Below, in pieces: positions 59,957 to 64,000 of a stretch of 64,000 bases of DNA (its first letter is position 1; each line of letters starts with the position of its first letter). The translations under genes were made by a program, and so were the position numbers. This DNA comes from Sporopachydermia quercuum. Its lineage: Eukaryota. The notes below the pieces were generated by a model, which saw only the letters and a list, made by a program, of their open reading frames with translations, did no database searches and was not told where the DNA came from. The stretch is from assembly GCA_001599295.1 (NCBI GenBank), contig BCGN01000008.1, positions 620,001-684,000 on the forward strand, read 5' to 3'.

Positions 59957-61993
59957 ATGATACTTGTGGACGGAGAGAAGTACGCTTGTATCAAGTGTAT
60001 ACGAGGCCATAGATCATCGTCCTGCCAACATACAAGTAGACCACTAGTACAAGTTCGTCAGAGAGGTCGGCCAAGCGTTTCTGGGTGCTCTCATAGAGTT
60101 GTTATCATTGCAGATTCAAAATCTATACAAAAAACTGAAGCTCCAAAAGAACACAAAGAAGAAGAAAACAATAGAGGTATTAAGGAAGAACAAATGGATG
60201 ACAATTATGTCGAAACCGCAGATTCCTCAGCTAAATTAGACCTGTCTTCAGTTAGTCGAAGCTCGAGCTCAACTTTGGTGAAAACAGAAAGTAGTGAGAA
60301 TGAATTAGGAGGTGAGGTGAAACAAGAAACAATATCATGTATGTGTGAACTAAACTGTCAATGCCATACGGAAGACAACGAAAAAGATGAGGGACAAGAA
60401 GAAATAGAAAAAAACGACGAAGAAAACGACGAAGAAAACCAAGAAGAAGAAGGCATTCTTGGCACGGGAAGTTCAACAGATTCTCCACTTTCTGCGTCAG
60501 AAGTGAAAGAGAACGCAATGTTCCGTCCTAAGGCTGAAAGCAGAAATTCCCCATTACAATCATTGCCAAACAGCCAAGTCATCATCAACGTGAAAGCTTC
60601 ACGTAAGAAACTGGCTACTACTTCCAATGGCAGAGTTGAATTTATCGATGACACCAATTCAATTCCAGAAAATCACAACTTCATAAATCAAATGTCGCAT
60701 AATTCACCTTCCGTATCCATATCCGAGTCGCTATCTACATCATCTACAACATCAGGAGACTCGCCATCATGCTGTAGCAAAGCGACCTGTGGCACGTCAG
60801 AACCAAAAACATCAAGAATAAAACAAATAGTCAACTCGAAATGTCATTGCGGAAGTCAATGCTGTTCTCCATCAACATTAGCAATTCAACCATCATGCTG
60901 TAACAAGATAACTTCAAGTCATAGAGTATTGAAATCTAAAGCGCTGACTTATAGGAAAGCCGCTGTCAATAAGAATGATTTGGTTTTCGTTACATTTACT
61001 CCAAAATCCGTCAAGTCTTCTTTTGATGGCAATACAAGACCAATAAATAAAGATTTCTCAATAAAAAATTCTCTACAAGAAGCGAGAGATAACCAGCATA
61101 AAATTAATAATGAAAGTGTACAGTATGAAAAGCCAACAGATAATGGAGAAGACAACATCTACGATAAGACTAATAGCTCATCATTATTGCAAGGCACTCA
61201 GCAATATCCAAGCTTAGAAGACCAGTCTACAAGCAGATCTACTTCCACAACAACACTTACACAGAGCAGTGATCTGGTTTCGTATAAAGACTTCCTCAAC
61301 CAACAAAATATAGAGATGGACTTACCATATGAGTTCAATTACCAAAACCTGAATATACAAAACCTGAATTTAAGTAACGTTCCCTTGACTATGAATGAAG
61401 GTGTCAACGAACTGCAGAATAATGTGATATCTAATATGGATACCAATATGAACCTAGAACTGAATATGGATACGAGCCTTGAAATGAGCAACATGAATAA
61501 CATGAATGATATGGGCATGATTGATATCAACTCCACGCAAGATAGAAATAGTAATATAAACATGAACATCAACATGAACATTAATATGAACAACATGAAC
61601 AACATAATCCCTGATTTTTCAGACCATCTAATAGAGACATCAACTGTTTCTAACTTGTTCGAGACCAGCAGTATCAATGACACCAGATTGTATCAATACG
61701 CGGGTGATGGTAATCAATCATATCAAGCTGCAAGTACAAGTCACTCAACTACATCATCACAATCCCCTGGGGAAACATACGATGTTTTCTTTGCATCTAG
61801 ATGTATTATTCCTGGTTCATGTAAGTGTGGTGATACTTGTGCATGTGAAGGTTGCCCAACTCATGATAAACGATCAAGAGAACACATCCCGGTTGAGTTA
61901 GCTAAGGTCTTAGACTCACAACAGGAAGAACTGAATGACAGCTCACCATTATTCAACGATTTAGACAACTATGATTATGGATTAATAGGATAG
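59957..61993 (+). CDS. MAC1: Copper-fist transcription factor, Mac1/Cuf1 type
   Basis: KYACIKCIRGHRSSSC.H..RPL..VR.RGRP and a C-terminal CKCGDTCACEGCPTH. Lies between UBC7 and FMS1, as in S. cerevisiae. Confidence 0.85.
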   Translation: MILVDGEKYACIKCIRGHRSSSCQHTSRPLVQVRQRGRPSVSGCSHRVVIIADSKSIQKTEAPKEHKEEENNRGIKEEQMDDNYVETADSSAKLDLSSVSRSSSSTLVKTESSENELGGEVKQETISCMCELNCQCHTEDNEKDEGQEEIEKNDEENDEENQEEEGILGTGSSTDSPLSASEVKENAMFRPKAESRNSPLQSLPNSQVIINVKASRKKLATTSNGRVEFIDDTNSIPENHNFINQMSHNSPSVSISESLSTSSTTSGDSPSCCSKATCGTSEPKTSRIKQIVNSKCHCGSQCCSPSTLAIQPSCCNKITSSHRVLKSKALTYRKAAVNKNDLVFVTFTPKSVKSSFDGNTRPINKDFSIKNSLQEARDNQHKINNESVQYEKPTDNGEDNIYDKTNSSSLLQGTQQYPSLEDQSTSRSTSTTTLTQSSDLVSYKDFLNQQNIEMDLPYEFNYQNLNIQNLNLSNVPLTMNEGVNELQNNVISNMDTNMNLELNMDTSLEMSNMNNMNDMGMIDINSTQDRNSNINMNINMNINMNNMNNIIPDFSDHLIETSTVSNLFETSSINDTRLYQYAGDGNQSYQAASTSHSTTSSQSPGETYDVFFASRCIIPGSCKCGDTCACEGCPTHDKRSREHIPVELAKVLDSQQEELNDSSPLFNDLDNYDYGLIG

Positions 61994-62633
61994 CTACTGA
62001 TTTCTTACAGGGAAAACGATATGAAATGATATTAAATGCAATACAATGTATGGATTGTAAGAATCCATCTGATTATAGTATTCACAGTATAGTTGTTGAG
62101 TAACAAACCGACTGCTTATTGTATGAATCGCTTGTATATAATGACTTAATGGCTCACAAGGCACGTGAAACTAGTGGAAATTGAAAAGGATACGATGTAA
62201 ATAAAGGTAATGATAGACAATAATATATATAATCCCCAGGATATGATGCTACTTAAGAACCAAACTACTACTACTAGTAATAGTATACTACCAAATGGTA
62301 CATACCACTGTAACTGCCATTATAAACAAGCAACCATTATAACTAATGCTGACATTAAAAATACATAGACCAATGGATAATAACACTATTCAGAAAAATA
62401 AAAGCAAACTCATATGAAACGTAGAACAAGAGCAATTCATAACAGCTTAATTAGCATTCTCCTCAATCCTAATCCATTAACTTTCCCAACTCCAGATTAC
62501 TATTACTTTCAGTCAATCTCTATTAGCTATAATTCATATAGTTAGACACTTACATTCATTCTTATTTTCCTTCCATCTTCTCCCATTATAAATTAATCAT
62601 TTTATTTTACTCATCAAACTCATATCATTTTCT

Positions 62634-64000
62634 CTAAATGCCTAAAAGTCTACCATTCCACCCGAAGTCTCCTCTCTCTTCTTCACTCTCCTTTATATCC
62701 TTTAGAATCCACTTAGCTTCGCGTAAACCCGATTCCCATGCTCCATTGACACATCCATTGCCTTCCCAAACAGTATGCTCTCCTGCAAACCTGAGTTTTC
62801 CTAGTCCATTTCCTAAGGCTTCCAAAGCAAGGAAAGGCTCATCGCCAACTAATGATACAGAGTAACTTCCTCTGAAATATGGATTCATAGACCATCCAGT
62901 AGTTTTGGTGATTATTGGGTCATTGATCTCAGGACAGAATGTTTGAATCATCGGTTTAATGACACTCCAAGCCTTCTCAGGATTGTTTTCTAATTCTAAT
63001 GTCATATTACCCGAGGTTATAGCTATCAAGCTTGGATCTCCAGTGATATTTGCCATATTGATAAATAGTACTGGCTGGGAGAAAGGACCAACCTCTGATT
63101 CAGAAGTACCGGGTTCAGCTAACACAATAAATCTGTCATTAGGAGGCCATTGAACATGATCAAACTTGAAGTACACTTTTCCCAATGTTGAAAACGACAT
63201 TAGCTTCATAGCGCTACGGAACGATTGAGTAACTATCGTGGGGTCTATCTTTATACTACCTTCAATTCCGTCTTCAGAAAGTGATCCTTGCAACACTGAA
63301 AGAGGAACAGCGACTATAATGTATTCACAAGCATAAACTGTACCCGATTCTGTTGTTACTAGGAAATCTGAGCTTTGATTATCTCGAGATTTAGAAATTT
63401 TCACTACTGGTGATACAAGCTTGACGTCAGCTTCCTCTGCTATTTGATTAATCAACACATCGTACCCCATTGAATTATAACAGTTTCTACCCTCATGAGA
63501 CAAAATTGAGTGTCTAGCAGCTAAATTTTCCCAACCGCTGCCATGCCAGAGTTCCAATGCTCGTACCAGTTGTGGGGCATACAGTTTCTGTTCATCGGTT
63601 AACAGCTTATCTTGTTTTTCAACATACTCAGCAAGTTTCTCCTTCAACGATACTTCTGGCACATCGACAGCAGCGAAAAAACTCATTTCGACAAATTTCT
63701 CAGCTTCTTCTGCTACAACTGGTATTTTGCTCATTGAATCGATCTTCTTGCTGGCTGTATACACTTCAACTCCACCATCATCATAGTACATTTGATGATT
63801 CTGTTCTAGAGCCTTCTGGAATAAAGGATTGCTTAATGTATCATGAAACCAACAAGCTCCAAGGTCTAAAGCTACATCAGTTACACTTCTATTGGTATGA
63901 ACTCTTCCTCCAATACGATTTTGGGCTTCTAATACTACTGCATCTATGTCATTTTTGCGTAGTTCAGCCCCAGCTTTCAAGCCAGCAGCGCCAGCGCCAA
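62634..64000 (-). CDS. FMS1: Flavin polyamine oxidase (Fms1/Cbp1 family); 5' end lies beyond the window
   Basis: GAGAAGLKA FAD motif at the window edge; LEAQNRIGGR, DLGACWFHD..SNPL and RFAGEHT..EGNGCVNGAWESG.REA motifs. Confidence 0.9.
   Translation of the reverse strand, partial: GAGAAGLKAGAELRKNDIDAVVLEAQNRIGGRVHTNRSVTDVALDLGACWFHDTLSNPLFQKALEQNHQMYYDDGGVEVYTASKKIDSMSKIPVVAEEAEKFVEMSFFAAVDVPEVSLKEKLAEYVEKQDKLLTDEQKLYAPQLVRALELWHGSGWENLAARHSILSHEGRNCYNSMGYDVLINQIAEEADVKLVSPVVKISKSRDNQSSDFLVTTESGTVYACEYIIVAVPLSVLQGSLSEDGIEGSIKIDPTIVTQSFRSAMKLMSFSTLGKVYFKFDHVQWPPNDRFIVLAEPGTSESEVGPFSQPVLFINMANITGDPSLIAITSGNMTLELENNPEKAWSVIKPMIQTFCPEINDPIITKTTGWSMNPYFRGSYSVSLVGDEPFLALEALGNGLGKLRFAGEHTVWEGNGCVNGAWESGLREAKWILKDIKESEEERGDFGWNGRLLGI

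Overview
AT-rich nuclear chromosome segment from an intron-rich budding yeast (Saccharomycotina). It uses the standard genetic code (CTG falls at conserved Leu positions in RPS3 and DUS1) and appears to retain respiratory complex I. I can support about 26 protein genes and one intron-containing tRNA-Tyr(GTA). Gene order: RAD23 (exon 1 only), RAD7, PRP39, tRNA-Tyr, BFA1, orphan, Rid/YjgF protein, Zn2Cys6 TF, TDA9/RSF2, DUS1, VPS70, DNF1/2, MRPL22, complex I 9.5-kDa subunit, SHR3, orphan, RPS3, tiny GPI protein, ECI1, PUT7, hypothetical, SRP1, histidine phosphatase, UBC7, MAC1, FMS1 (partial). Two genes are absent from the ORF track and were rebuilt by hand from splice signals: RAD23 exon 1 and the three-coding-exon complex I subunit. 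Most of the window is housekeeping DNA with strong microsynteny to S. cerevisiae. I found no mobile element, no CRISPR array and no clearly novel multi-gene system. The best leads are the head-to-head RAD23/RAD7 repair pair with an intron splitting the RAD7 start codon, an Arg-less Rid protein next to a Zn-cluster TF, a probable dual-start DUS1, and a sharp drop in N density at about 31 kb. Homology calls come from recalled family motifs, not database searches.
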